Shown here piece by piece: positions 1 to 9,246 of a stretch of DNA of 64,000 bases (position 1 is its first letter; every line of letters begins with the position of its first letter). The DNA is from Escherichia phage wV7. The DNA lies in the sequence record NC_019505.1; one strand, written 5' to 3'. The position numbers and the translations under genes were made by a program. The notes under the pieces are model-generated. The model worked only from the letters and a program-made list of their open reading frames with translations, had not been told where the DNA came from and did no database searches.

Positions 1-2178
1 TTAGGCCGCAAGGGCCTTCATAGTTTTAGCGATTTGGGAAACTTCATCATCACTTAAAGAATTGCGATAACCGATGAAGTCGGAAACAATACGGAATTTC
101 TTGGTAAACTCAGCAACCATTTTATCACTGTTTTTTGAAGCATTATTTGATAATACATCAAAAAGATTAGTTACCGTCCAGATGTCATGACCGATGGTAT
201 CTTTTCCACCATTAAAATATACACCGCGCAATGAACTAACTATATTAGCGAGTCGTGTATATTCTTCAGAAACTTCATCTGTACTGAAGTACTTCATCAT
301 AAAATCTAGCTCAGGATACTTGATAATTTTATCAATATATCGTTGAGCTGAACTTGAATAACCTACATACTTATCATAATCTACATCATCAAAAGCATCT
401 ACATATAAATCACGCAAAGCTTCAAAAATACATTGGCACTGACCGAGTTCTTTTACCTTTTTCTGTAAAAGCGGACGAATAACATAAAATTCATTAATGC
501 CAATAAGATTAGCCATACGAATCAAAATATTCATAGATGGATGACAAAGTGATGTAGTACCATCCATAGAGAAAATATCAGAACGATGCATATACGCTAC
601 ATAACCAGTAATTTCATCTGCTTCTGACGTAAGTGTAAATAGTTCCTCTTTTTCCCAACGCCCATCTTTAATTTCAAATTTAAATGCTGTAGCAGCTTTA
701 GGACGAGGAGCTTTACTTTTAACTACCTTTGGAATATAGCTTTTAACTAAAGTTTCAATTTCTGACAGATAATGAATGTTAACTTCATCACTTTCAAACA
801 TTGCCATAATATCAGGTAGTAAATCAATCTGCGATTCTACTTCCGGATTAATAAACAGAAGACGCTCATTGTGATGAATATTCAAAGTGTTATTAAATTC
901 ACTATCATCTAGCGCATGTGCTAATCCACGGACAATATTAACACGATTTTTAATATTATCAATAACGATATTAATTTTTGTTGTATTAATACCAAACAGA
1001 CGATAACTTGATGCAACGGCTGAAGTTTCATGACTTTGCTTAATGCGTTTCAGTCGAGGGTCAAGATTTACTTCATACACCACGCCTGCATTACATAACT
1101 TACTGTCAGGTTCAAACATGCTCTGCATCTTTTTATATGACAGATTTTTAGTCGTGAATTTGACTGAATTACTAATCATATAATCTCGAGCAGAATACCC
1201 CATCTTCATCAATTCACGATATGTGTGACGGGGAGATGTAGATTCTTTAAATCGTTTTACATCTTCATTAAATGCTTTCTCACTAAGCTCTTTAACTCGT
1301 TCAATAATATTTTTACGAGTACGATCATCCAATGAAAGAGCTTCACGTGATGGAGCAATATCAAGTGAACCCATTGGAAACTTAATGTAATTCACTTCAT
1401 TGCGAATGCTTAGCCAGTTACGGTCTCTAATAACGCCATCGATAGGATAAACAATACCGCCATAGATAGCATATAATCCACCACGATCAGGCCAGTATCT
1501 TTCTGGATTTACACCGTAATAATCATCAAAATCCGGAAAATAATCAATTTCACGGTCAAGACCATTAATAATAGCCAAATCTTTGAACGGTCGCATGATA
1601 TAAGAAACTTCATAAGCAAAGTTTCTAAAGTCTTTTTCTTCAACTGGAACTACGATTTCAATACCAGTTTTATCATCTGGACCCATTTCTTTTACGAATG
1701 TAGGTTTAATCTGTGGGCCATCACCATCCATGTAAGCTACATAACCACGAATTTCACCTTTATGATACGAAGTAATACTAAACGTATCAGTATAACTAAA
1801 CGGAGATTTAGAACCTAAACCAAATCCGCCAATGAAATCGTTAGATTCAGCCTTAGATGAACTGAAGTATGAATTATACAAACCAGGAGAATTATCATCA
1901 CCCTGAATATCAAAATCACTCATACCCGGACCAAAATCTCGGCAAACAAATCGTGGATCTAAACGTCCAGGAACTTGAATGATAAATTTTTCAGGATTTC
2001 CATTGAGAGCATGGGCATCAATCATGTTGGTAATCAATTCACGAACAACTGCGCGAATTTTGTTTGTATACAAATCAGATGACAGAATTTTAAATACTTT
2101 AGGAGATGCTGTGATGCTAAATGCTTTTGATTTAGAACCATTACCAAGAATTGTTTCTTTTTCAGTGGTGATAATCAT
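1..2178 (-). CDS. rIIA: rIIA protein (membrane-associated, GHKL-ATPase-like N-terminus)
   Basis: 725-aa ORF ending at window position 1; length and N-terminal sequence match T4 rIIA as recalled; first gene of the T4 map. Confidence 0.9.
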   Translation of the reverse strand: MIITTEKETILGNGSKSKAFSITASPKVFKILSSDLYTNKIRAVVRELITNMIDAHALNGNPEKFIIQVPGRLDPRFVCRDFGPGMSDFDIQGDDNSPGLYNSYFSSSKAESNDFIGGFGLGSKSPFSYTDTFSITSYHKGEIRGYVAYMDGDGPQIKPTFVKEMGPDDKTGIEIVVPVEEKDFRNFAYEVSYIMRPFKDLAIINGLDREIDYFPDFDDYYGVNPERYWPDRGGLYAIYGGIVYPIDGVIRDRNWLSIRNEVNYIKFPMGSLDIAPSREALSLDDRTRKNIIERVKELSEKAFNEDVKRFKESTSPRHTYRELMKMGYSARDYMISNSVKFTTKNLSYKKMQSMFEPDSKLCNAGVVYEVNLDPRLKRIKQSHETSAVASSYRLFGINTTKINIVIDNIKNRVNIVRGLAHALDDSEFNNTLNIHHNERLLFINPEVESQIDLLPDIMAMFESDEVNIHYLSEIETLVKSYIPKVVKSKAPRPKAATAFKFEIKDGRWEKEELFTLTSEADEITGYVAYMHRSDIFSMDGTTSLCHPSMNILIRMANLIGINEFYVIRPLLQKKVKELGQCQCIFEALRDLYVDAFDDVDYDKYVGYSSSAQRYIDKIIKYPELDFMMKYFSTDEVSEEYTRLANIVSSLRGVYFNGGKDTIGHDIWTVTNLFDVLSNNASKNSDKMVAEFTKKFRIVSDFIGYRNSLSDDEVSQIAKTMKALAA

Positions 2179-2188
2179 AATTTCCTCA

Positions 2189-2392
2189 TTAATTCATATT
2201 ACGCTTAATAACTTCAGCAACTTCTAGTAGTTCATCTTTAGTTGCGGTGTCGGATTGAATTTTATCTCTAATATCTTTAAAGCGGTTTTTAAATTCTTCG
2301 GCTTCTCCCATATCGAAAAAGCGTTGAATGATTCTATATTCTCGATGAACTGCTTTATCAAAAAGTTCTAAATTTACTTTATATGATTTCAT
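2189..2392 (-). CDS. small hypothetical protein (rIIA.1 position)
   Basis: 67-aa ORF immediately upstream of rIIA; T4-type early promoter just upstream. Confidence 0.55.
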   Translation of the reverse strand: MKSYKVNLELFDKAVHREYRIIQRFFDMGEAEEFKNRFKDIRDKIQSDTATKDELLEVAEVIKRNMN

Positions 2393-2417
2393 TCCAATAT
2401 CCTCATTTGCCCAATTA

Positions 2418-2447
2418 ATTATACCACATCCTTGTGGTAAAGTAAAC
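2418..2447 (-). promoter_or_regulatory. T4-type early promoter
   Basis: Minus strand reads GTTTAC, ~17-nt spacer, TGGTATAAT-like -10. Confidence 0.6.
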
Positions 2448-4267
2448 TACTGGCTCATCCATTCTTTACGAAGGTCAGCATTATCTCCCATGAGCATTTC
2501 AAAAAGCTCTTTCCAGTTCTCAGGAAGTTTAACAACATCATATACTGGATTTTGAATCATCTCACGATATTCAGATTTTTCCAAAGAGCCAAGTCCCTTA
2601 ATATAACGGATGCTATGTTTAGGTAGAGCATCTTTAGCACTCTCATATTCAGCGACTGTATAAAACCATTCTTGTTTTTTACCGACCTGGGCGATGATTA
2701 CAGGAGTTTTGACAAAGCGAATTCGTCCTTGCTCAAACAATTCTGGCCAATTACTAAAAAATCCGAGCAGAGAAGGATAAATGCTTCCTAAACCATCATG
2801 GTCAGCATCGGTCATAATAGCAATATTATGATAATTCAAGTTTTCAGCTTTTTCACCAAGAACTAATCCAGTGATTGCGCAAATATCAAATAGTTCTTTG
2901 TTTTTAAGCATATCAGCATATGACATACCCCAACTATTGAGAACTTTACCACGCAATGGATAACCACCGTGAAGTTCTTTATCACGAACATCAATAAGAT
3001 ATCCGATAGCCGAATCACCCTCAGTCAAGAAAAGAGTAGTATCAGCATCTTTACCGCAAAGATTCGCTTTGATATGTTTATGAACCTTAGCTTTAGAAGC
3101 CTTTTTAGCTGCTTTAGTTTCTGCTGCTTTTTCTGCCGCTAATTTACGAGCCAAGGCAGCTTCAATAATTGGCATTAAAATTGCTTCATTGTTTAAAATA
3201 GCGCGTGAAATCTTTTTAGCATCAAGTTGAATATGACTACGAATTTCACCAAATGGAGAAGTCAAACGCTCTTTAGTTTGAGAATCAAATCGCATGTTTT
3301 TCATATCACGAACAAACATAACGATAGTCAAACATTCTTTAACACGTGCTTTAGTTACATCAATTTTGAACTTACGTTTGATTTGTGGAATAAGGTCTTC
3401 ACAAATATCATCCATAACACAGTCAATGTGATGGCCACCATTCTTAGTATGAATGTTATTGACGTACGTCAACTGACGAAAACCATCCGGTGAACGACCA
3501 ACCGCAATAGAACAATTTTCTTGTTCTTGAACGATAGCATGTTCATCATACTGTCGTGCATATTTCTTAAAATTGCCCTGAACCTTTTTACCATTAAAGG
3601 TAAATTGAATATCAGGATAAACAACAGCAAGTGTCTGGAGACGATCTAATGTAATGTCAAGATAAACTTGGGACAGCTCATTAGTTTCAAATGACATAAA
3701 ATCAGGAATGAAAGTAACACGAGTTCCTTTCCATTTTCCAGGAATATCTTCCCATGATTTATTTTCCATGCCATTTGAACAACGAACTACAATATTATTT
3801 TGACCATCACCAGTTTCACCAACAAACATCACAGAAAAAATGTTTGTCAAACTAGAACCAACACCGTTCATACCGCCAGTGACGCGTTCTTTATCATCAC
3901 CGAAGTTACCACCTGCTTTTGGAATAGTCCATGCGGCAACAGGACCAGGAATTTCTTCACCGGTAGGTGTTTTAACCATCGCTTGTGGAATACCACGACC
4001 GTTATCTTCAACTGTTACCTGATTATTTTTAATGGTAACATTAATTTTATTCGCGAATTTAAACTTAGTACGAATACCTTCATCGACTGAGTTATCGATA
4101 ATTTCATCAATAAGCTTAACAAGACCAGGTACATACTGAACACTTTCCCATTTACCAAACAGAAAGCGCTCATGCATTTCATTAGCAGAAGAGCCAATAT
4201 ACATGCCGCTACGCTTTTTGATATGTTCAATATCGCTCAGAATTTTAATTTCATTCTTAATCATCAC
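2447..4267 (-). CDS. 39: DNA topoisomerase II large (ATPase) subunit, gene 39 fused with gene 60 portion
   Basis: 606-aa ORF; GyrB-like GHKL ATPase motif DNGRGIP; single uninterrupted frame of 39+60 length. Confidence 0.9.
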   Translation of the reverse strand: MMIKNEIKILSDIEHIKKRSGMYIGSSANEMHERFLFGKWESVQYVPGLVKLIDEIIDNSVDEGIRTKFKFANKINVTIKNNQVTVEDNGRGIPQAMVKTPTGEEIPGPVAAWTIPKAGGNFGDDKERVTGGMNGVGSSLTNIFSVMFVGETGDGQNNIVVRCSNGMENKSWEDIPGKWKGTRVTFIPDFMSFETNELSQVYLDITLDRLQTLAVVYPDIQFTFNGKKVQGNFKKYARQYDEHAIVQEQENCSIAVGRSPDGFRQLTYVNNIHTKNGGHHIDCVMDDICEDLIPQIKRKFKIDVTKARVKECLTIVMFVRDMKNMRFDSQTKERLTSPFGEIRSHIQLDAKKISRAILNNEAILMPIIEAALARKLAAEKAAETKAAKKASKAKVHKHIKANLCGKDADTTLFLTEGDSAIGYLIDVRDKELHGGYPLRGKVLNSWGMSYADMLKNKELFDICAITGLVLGEKAENLNYHNIAIMTDADHDGLGSIYPSLLGFFSNWPELFEQGRIRFVKTPVIIAQVGKKQEWFYTVAEYESAKDALPKHSIRYIKGLGSLEKSEYREMIQNPVYDVVKLPENWKELFEMLMGDNADLRKEWMSQ

Positions 4268-4316
4268 TTATCCTCGTTTGGTTTCGGGAATATTATACTC
4301 CGGCAATCATAAAGCT

Positions 4317-4335
4317 AAAGGCCCGAAGGCCTTTT
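4317..4335 (-). terminator. UUCG-tetraloop hairpin between lipoprotein gene and gene 39
   Basis: AAAGGCC-UUCG-GGCCUUU on minus-strand RNA; weak U tract. Confidence 0.45.
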
Positions 4336-4603
4336 ATTTAAAACGAATAGTTGAATCCTTAAAGAACAGCCCAGAACATACTGTTCCTTCTACTTTCTGC
4401 CCAGTAGGTCCAATAGCACGAAATCCAGTATGTTGGAAATCATTTTCAGAGCAACCGAACCAGTTATATCCAGTGATTTCAATATTCGTAAAACCACTCG
4501 ATGATAAAATTTTAGTTGCATTATCAGCATCAGTACATCCTACTAAAGATACTGCTAATACTAATGCTGCAATAGAACGATTAATATATTTCATAGTTTT
4601 CAC
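4334..4603 (-). CDS. putative lipoprotein
   Basis: 89 aa; signal peptide with lipobox LVGC. Confidence 0.5.
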   Translation of the reverse strand: MKTMKYINRSIAALVLAVSLVGCTDADNATKILSSSGFTNIEITGYNWFGCSENDFQHTGFRAIGPTGQKVEGTVCSGLFFKDSTIRFK

Positions 4604-4980
4604 TTAAATTTAATGGCTTGAAGGAGACTAATAATTCTCAAACGGCTTCTTTCATCTTTAACTGTAAAAGAAAGAGGGTCGCCAGATTTCATAGTGATAG
4701 TGCATTCAAAATCAAAATCTTCAGGAACTTCTTCGAAGAAGTCAAATTCTTCATCATAAATTAGAACTTCACTCCGCAGACTGTGAAGAATTTTTCCAGC
4801 ATTTCTGCTAGTTGCTGTACTAATCATTGTAACATTATGACCTTTCATATCTTCAACGATAAATTCGCTTGTAGATATTACGGCATTAATAGAACCATTC
4901 CTATTACTAGCAGAAAGTAGATATTTCTTTTCTTCACCTTCGCGAACACGATATTTCTTACCGATTTTAAACATAATCAC
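4600..4980 (-). CDS. hypothetical protein
   Basis: 126-aa ORF; overlaps neighbours by 4 nt; start GTG or ATG 6 nt downstream. Confidence 0.45.
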   Translation of the reverse strand: MIMFKIGKKYRVREGEEKKYLLSASNRNGSINAVISTSEFIVEDMKGHNVTMISTATSRNAGKILHSLRSEVLIYDEEFDFFEEVPEDFDFECTITMKSGDPLSFTVKDERSRLRIISLLQAIKFK

Positions 4981-5153
4981 CCTTTAAGTAAATCGTAAAA
5001 ACCGCCATTCACATGCTTAGGAGCAGAAGGCCGACGAGTAGACAAACGATGACATTTAGGGCAAACATCATTTTCTCGTTCAGAAATCTTTTTAATTTTT
5101 TCATATTCATGCCCGCAATCTTCGGATTGGCATTTATAATCATACATTGGCAT
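4977..5153 (-). CDS. FmdB-family-like zinc-ribbon protein (58 aa)
   Basis: Manual call: MPMYDYKCQSEDCGHEYEKI...CPKCH; MPxYxYKC start and two CxxC pairs; coordinates approximate. Confidence 0.45.
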   Translation of the reverse strand: MPMYDYKCQSEDCGHEYEKIKKISERENDVCPKCHRLSTRRPSAPKHVNGGFYDLLKG

Positions 5154-5155
5154 AA

Positions 5156-5581
5156 TTATTCCTTAAAGTGTGCTTTCAACATCTGATACAAAGACCATGC
5201 CTGTTCATTATTTTCAATAGTAACTTTCATGACCGGGAATTCTGTGAAATCTTCTATTTGTTCTTGCTCTTTCTCTTCCTGCTCTTGCTCTTCAGCTGCC
5301 TGGTATGGATTTTCCACTTCATCAAAGAACACGGCTTCACTCGTTGAAAGCCAGATAAAATCTTCATCCAAAATATCTTTACCAGAAGATAACGCCAATT
5401 TTCCACTAGATGTCACAAGTTTAGTAGGACGACCAAGATAGTCAATATCTGTAACTCTAAAAGGTTCCATACCAAGACGTCGTGCATAAATTCCGTTTTC
5501 AGTATGGTCCTTGATAAAATCTTCTTGAGCTTGTTTATTTTTAAATTGATACCATTTATTAACTTCAAATTTAATAGCCAT
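5156..5581 (-). CDS. hypothetical acidic protein
   Basis: Track ORF 5156..5599 starts at TTG; internal ATG (M7) with AGGAA RBS chosen; acidic [12 protein letters not shown] tract. Confidence 0.5.
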   Translation of the reverse strand: MAIKFEVNKWYQFKNKQAQEDFIKDHTENGIYARRLGMEPFRVTDIDYLGRPTKLVTSSGKLALSSGKDILDEDFIWLSTSEAVFFDEVENPYQAAEEQEQEEKEQEQIEDFTEFPVMKVTIENNEQAWSLYQMLKAHFKE

Positions 5582-5853
5582 TAATAAGTTTCCTTCCAAT
5601 AAGTTGTACCATCTTCAGTAATTTCGCGAAACACACCATAAATTGGTTGTTTATCACCAACTTTTTCGTACACATAAACCGAAGTCAAGTGAGTAAACTT
5701 ATTAGTATGTTCCTTTTGAACTACTACAAGATTTGGATCAAATAATACATCTTCAAATTCGTCATTAGTGCAATTCTGAACAATTTTATGTTTCATTACA
5801 ATTTCCTCATTAATTGAACAGTGGAGCGATGCGTTTAAGAAGAGTAGCAGCAC
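5581..5853 (-). CDS. hypothetical protein
   Basis: 90-aa ORF in operon arrangement. Confidence 0.45.
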   Translation of the reverse strand: MLLLFLNASLHCSINEEIVMKHKIVQNCTNDEFEDVLFDPNLVVVQKEHTNKFTHLTSVYVYEKVGDKQPIYGVFREITEDGTTYWKETY

Positions 5854-6079
5854 CTTTAGCGAATTTTACATCATGAAAAACAGTTTCTTCTTCCGTTACA
5901 ACACGAGCTTTAATGTTTTCACAATCCCAATTTTTGCGAACAATCTTCAAAAGCTGCAGTAAATCTTTACATTCAGCAATATCGATAACACATCCACGAG
6001 AATCTTCCATTATCGCACGATAACCGTAAGCCATACCATAATCGTTAAAAGATTGCTCGATGATAATTAAGTTTTCCAT
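5810..6079 (-). CDS. hypothetical protein
   Basis: Start moved to M5 after GGAGAATAAA RBS; early promoter upstream. Confidence 0.45.
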   Translation of the reverse strand: MENLIIIEQSFNDYGMAYGYRAIMEDSRGCVIDIAECKDLLQLLKIVRKNWDCENIKARVVTEEETVFHDVKFAKGAATLLKRIAPLFN

Positions 6080-6103
6080 TTTATTCTCCAAGTTGTTTTC
6101 TGT

Positions 6104-6147
6104 ATCAGTAGTTGATATTGATATAGTACCATAATCAACTACTGATG
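6104..6147. repeat. inverted repeat (13-bp arms) around promoter-like -10 element
   Basis: ATCAGTAGTTGAT ... ATCAACTACTGAT flanking TATAGTACCATA. Confidence 0.5.
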
Positions 6148-6178
6148 TATATAGTTTTATGAAAAAAAAATTTAAACT

Positions 6179-6670
6179 TTATGCATAGCGAGCTTTGCTG
6201 TAGTGTTTAATCCAACTTTCAGGAATGACTTTGTATGTTCCTAAAAATACCGCGTTGTATAACTTAACGCCATCTTCTACCCATTGATCAGTAATGTATG
6301 CACACATAGCGCGAGTACGGTTAACAACACCTTCCTCACCTTCAGTAAATTCAAACTCATAAGGAGCAACGAACTTGATAGCTTGACCGAGTTTCCACTT
6401 AAAGTCTACACCTACATGCGAAGTATCAATCGTTTCAATTCCTTTAGCGGGAACAGCTTTCAAAAACGCAGGCTCAAGAAATTTCCATCGAACATAACCA
6501 AACTGAGGTTTAGACATTCCATCTTTAGGAATGATACGCACTTTTACTTCAGAATCTTCATCTTTAACACCATGTTTAAGCTGAATGCTTACGACTTCAA
6601 CCAATTTTCCTGCTGCCTTAGAACGGGATTTATCAGATACACGAGCAATTTCACCGATATTAATATTCAT
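6179..6670 (-). CDS. hypothetical protein, paralog of 6744..7244
   Basis: 163 aa; C-terminal block YITDQWVEDGVKLYNAVFLGTYKVIPESW shared with upstream neighbour. Confidence 0.55.
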   Translation of the reverse strand: MNINIGEIARVSDKSRSKAAGKLVEVVSIQLKHGVKDEDSEVKVRIIPKDGMSKPQFGYVRWKFLEPAFLKAVPAKGIETIDTSHVGVDFKWKLGQAIKFVAPYEFEFTEGEEGVVNRTRAMCAYITDQWVEDGVKLYNAVFLGTYKVIPESWIKHYSKARYA

Positions 6671-6714
6671 AATTATCTCTCACTTGTTAAAAAGATTTTA
6701 TACTCCGCAGGACC

Positions 6715-6744
6715 ATTATACTCTGGTCCCAAGAGTTTGTAAAC
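6715..6744 (-). promoter_or_regulatory. T4-type early promoter
   Basis: Minus strand GTTTAC ... TATAAT upstream of 6179..6670. Confidence 0.6.
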
Positions 6745-7244
6745 TAGCTTACACGAACATTAATCACTGCGCTGCGAGGAACTACAGAGTACTCTCCAGC
6801 ATGAACTACGTTCAGAAGTTCAACACCATCTTCAATCCACTGATCAGTTACCCAACCGCCAATCGGATTCGCGAATGGACGACGAATATAAACTGCCTTA
6901 CACAACAAATCAGTCGGGTCTTCAATTTTTTCAACTGGTGTTACATACATAGAAACTAAATCCATATCAATATGGGATTTTTCTTGTTCTTCTTTTTCAA
7001 TTTCTGTCAATAAATTGAAATCTTCTTCATAGATGATGAATGATGATACCCTTCCATAATAGTTTCTAATTTCCATGTACACTGTACCAATGAGAATTCC
7101 GCTATTAACACTAATAACAGTAAAAGGATATCCGCCAGTTGTACCAAGAAGTTCCCAAAACTTGCTATCAGTCGTATTCGACATTGTCTGGAAATCAATT
7201 TCAGATGGTTTTTTCATTTGATACGTAGTATTAATTTTAATCAT
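6744..7244 (-). CDS. hypothetical protein, paralog of 6179..6670
   Basis: 166 aa; C-terminal block WVTDQWIEDGVELLNVVHAGEYSVVPRSA. Confidence 0.55.
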   Translation of the reverse strand: MIKINTTYQMKKPSEIDFQTMSNTTDSKFWELLGTTGGYPFTVISVNSGILIGTVYMEIRNYYGRVSSFIIYEEDFNLLTEIEKEEQEKSHIDMDLVSMYVTPVEKIEDPTDLLCKAVYIRRPFANPIGGWVTDQWIEDGVELLNVVHAGEYSVVPRSAVINVRVS

Positions 7245-7253
7245 AATTTTCCT

Positions 7254-7766
7254 TTAATCTAAGGTAATAAAGCCTTTTAATTCGGCATGCGATTTGCGAA
7301 ACATTACTTGATGCCCACCAATGATAACTTGATCATCTGGCACTTCATAAATCGCAATGTACATTCCACGATCTTTTAAGTCTTCACGCTCTTCTCGAGT
7401 AAACCATCTCATTATATCATATTCACTAGCGAAAGCAAAATGATATAATGCAATAAACCACAATGGAATATAATTTTCAATTCGTGAATAATCTTTATTC
7501 CATTTAGTTTTAATAGCATCATTAGCATTTTCAACTAATAACTTATCATCGTGTGGAATAGGAATACTTTCATGACTTTCATAATCATTGCTATGATGAT
7601 GAAATGATGATGAATTAATACCGCAAAATTTTAGCCAAGTTCGAGTTTTCATAGAATCAAATCCACGATAAGGAGTTGATTGAACACATAACTCTTGCCT
7701 AATTTTCATTATACCACTATCATCATTTAATGCGCTAAACGATGATTCAACACGATAAATTTTCAT
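7254..7766 (-). CDS. hypothetical protein
   Basis: Start moved to M14 (GAGGATAATAAA RBS); the longer track ORF would run through the early promoter. Confidence 0.5.
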   Translation of the reverse strand: MKIYRVESSFSALNDDSGIMKIRQELCVQSTPYRGFDSMKTRTWLKFCGINSSSFHHHSNDYESHESIPIPHDDKLLVENANDAIKTKWNKDYSRIENYIPLWFIALYHFAFASEYDIMRWFTREEREDLKDRGMYIAIYEVPDDQVIIGGHQVMFRKSHAELKGFITLD

Positions 7767-7791
7767 TTTATTATCCTCAGTAGCTATGGTG

Positions 7792-7823
7792 TTATAATAC
7801 CACAACTAACCGAGGAAGTAAAC
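7792..7823 (-). promoter_or_regulatory. T4-type early promoter
   Basis: GTTTAC ... TGGTATTAT upstream of 7254..7766. Confidence 0.55.
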
Positions 7824-7829
7824 AACTTT

Positions 7830-8513
7830 TTATCGTTTAGTTGGAAGAGATAGAGGATCGCATTCTTCCTCTGATGGAGCGTCTTCAAGACCCATAGCAT
7901 AGCGCAAAGCATACTTCATCATCAGGATGTCTTTCGCACAGTCATGAATAGAATCATGTGCAACGAATCCATCTAAAGTTCCCTTTGGAAGAGGACATGT
8001 GGTCATATCACGAACAAGTAGAAGTGCTTCAATTCTGGTACGAATATCACGCTGATTCCAGAATTTACACGGTTCTAACTTAAATGTATCAAGCTCATTC
8101 TCGGAAACGCCATTAAGACGTTGAATATCGCGAATGAGATCGACTAAAATTGGAAAATCAAACGACATTCCACGGCACCAGCCTTGAGATTTCCAAGGAT
8201 CGATATTATGTGCATTGATGTAATCGTTGAATTTTGCAATACCATCAATGGTGCTTACATCTTCATCGGATGGTGCAATATTTTTTCGAGCTTCAGGAGA
8301 CTGATTTTTCCACCATTCGATAGTGCTTTTAGTAAAAAGACGATGTCCTTTTTGGCTTTTTAAATCAAATTTGATTTTAATGCCACGTGAAACTAATTCA
8401 TCAAATGTTTCAACAACTTCTGGGTTAGGGTCAAAGGCAATAACAGCCAAATCAATAACCGCTGCTTTTTCACCGCTTCCCATTGTTTCAAAATCTATAA
8501 TAAAATCAAACAT
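7830..8513 (-). CDS. dexA: exonuclease A (DEDDh 3'-5' exonuclease)
   Basis: 227 aa; IIDFETMG exonuclease motif; position upstream of dda as in T4. Confidence 0.85.
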   Translation of the reverse strand: MFDFIIDFETMGSGEKAAVIDLAVIAFDPNPEVVETFDELVSRGIKIKFDLKSQKGHRLFTKSTIEWWKNQSPEARKNIAPSDEDVSTIDGIAKFNDYINAHNIDPWKSQGWCRGMSFDFPILVDLIRDIQRLNGVSENELDTFKLEPCKFWNQRDIRTRIEALLLVRDMTTCPLPKGTLDGFVAHDSIHDCAKDILMMKYALRYAMGLEDAPSEEECDPLSLPTKR

Positions 8514-8755
8514 TAAATTTTCCTTGCTAAATCGCGAATTTGACCTACAGTATAGTCTTGAATATAAACTTTATTAATAGGTTCATCAATAAATTTTGCC
8601 ATAGATTCAATATCTTTTTGCATCTCTTCAAGACTGTATATTATCTTTAAAGCTTTTTCGCGAATAGTAATATTTTCAGGACCCTGATTTTCTTCAATGA
8701 CAGCTTTAACATTTGTCATAAGAGATTTAAACTGGTACCAACTCAATTCAATCAT
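8513..8755 (-). CDS. small hypothetical protein (tandem paralog family)
   Basis: 80 aa; shares LEE-x-x-D...I-x-DY-x-x-G-x-I pattern with 8748..9008. Confidence 0.45.
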   Translation of the reverse strand: MIELSWYQFKSLMTNVKAVIEENQGPENITIREKALKIIYSLEEMQKDIESMAKFIDEPINKVYIQDYTVGQIRDLARKI

Positions 8756-9008
8756 TAATAATCGCCTTATAAAGATAGCTAATTTCGCCTAAAATATAAT
8801 CATTGATTGTAACAGTTTTCACTTCACCACAAAAGAATTCTAACGCAATTAAATCTCGTTCAATTTCTTCTAATTGAAGCATTAACTTTCCAGATTCAAT
8901 TTTTACAGTTTCACGATTTTTACCATGAGCAATTTCATAAATTTCGCTAACTTTATCCTGAAGAAGATAAAACTGATCTTTAGTTATTTCCACGAATAGC
9001 TTCCTCAA
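8748..9008 (-). CDS. small hypothetical protein (tandem paralog family)
   Basis: 86 aa; paralog of 8513..8755. Confidence 0.45.
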   Translation of the reverse strand: MRKLFVEITKDQFYLLQDKVSEIYEIAHGKNRETVKIESGKLMLQLEEIERDLIALEFFCGEVKTVTINDYILGEISYLYKAIIND

Positions 9009-9240
9009 ATTTAATTAGTAATTTACAGACACTTTCATCTAGTGTAATTACCGTATCTGTATTACTGTGATATGATTGTTTTTCAATTCGTTTAATTGCT
9101 AATATAGTATCACTTATAAGATAAAGCTTATGAAGGAGCTCAGCTCCTGTTATCATAACATTAAGATTATCTTGCTTATTAGTATGCTTCCTTATACCAT
9201 CTATTAGACGATTTAAATATTTTGAATTGATGTTAATCAT
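8980..9240 (-). CDS. small hypothetical protein
   Basis: 86 aa; third small ORF between dexA and dda. Confidence 0.45.
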   Translation of the reverse strand: MININSKYLNRLIDGIRKHTNKQDNLNVMITGAELLHKLYLISDTILAIKRIEKQSYHSNTDTVITLDESVCKLLIKFEEAIRGNN

Positions 9241-9246
9241 ATATCC

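Noticed and set aside
1979-4607. Plus-strand ORFs 1979..2227, 3227..3493, 3800..4090, 3840..4022 and 4203..4607 overlapping rIIA and gene 39
   Set aside because: Antisense to confidently identified minus-strand genes, no RBS, low-complexity translations; treated as chance ORFs in AT-rich DNA.
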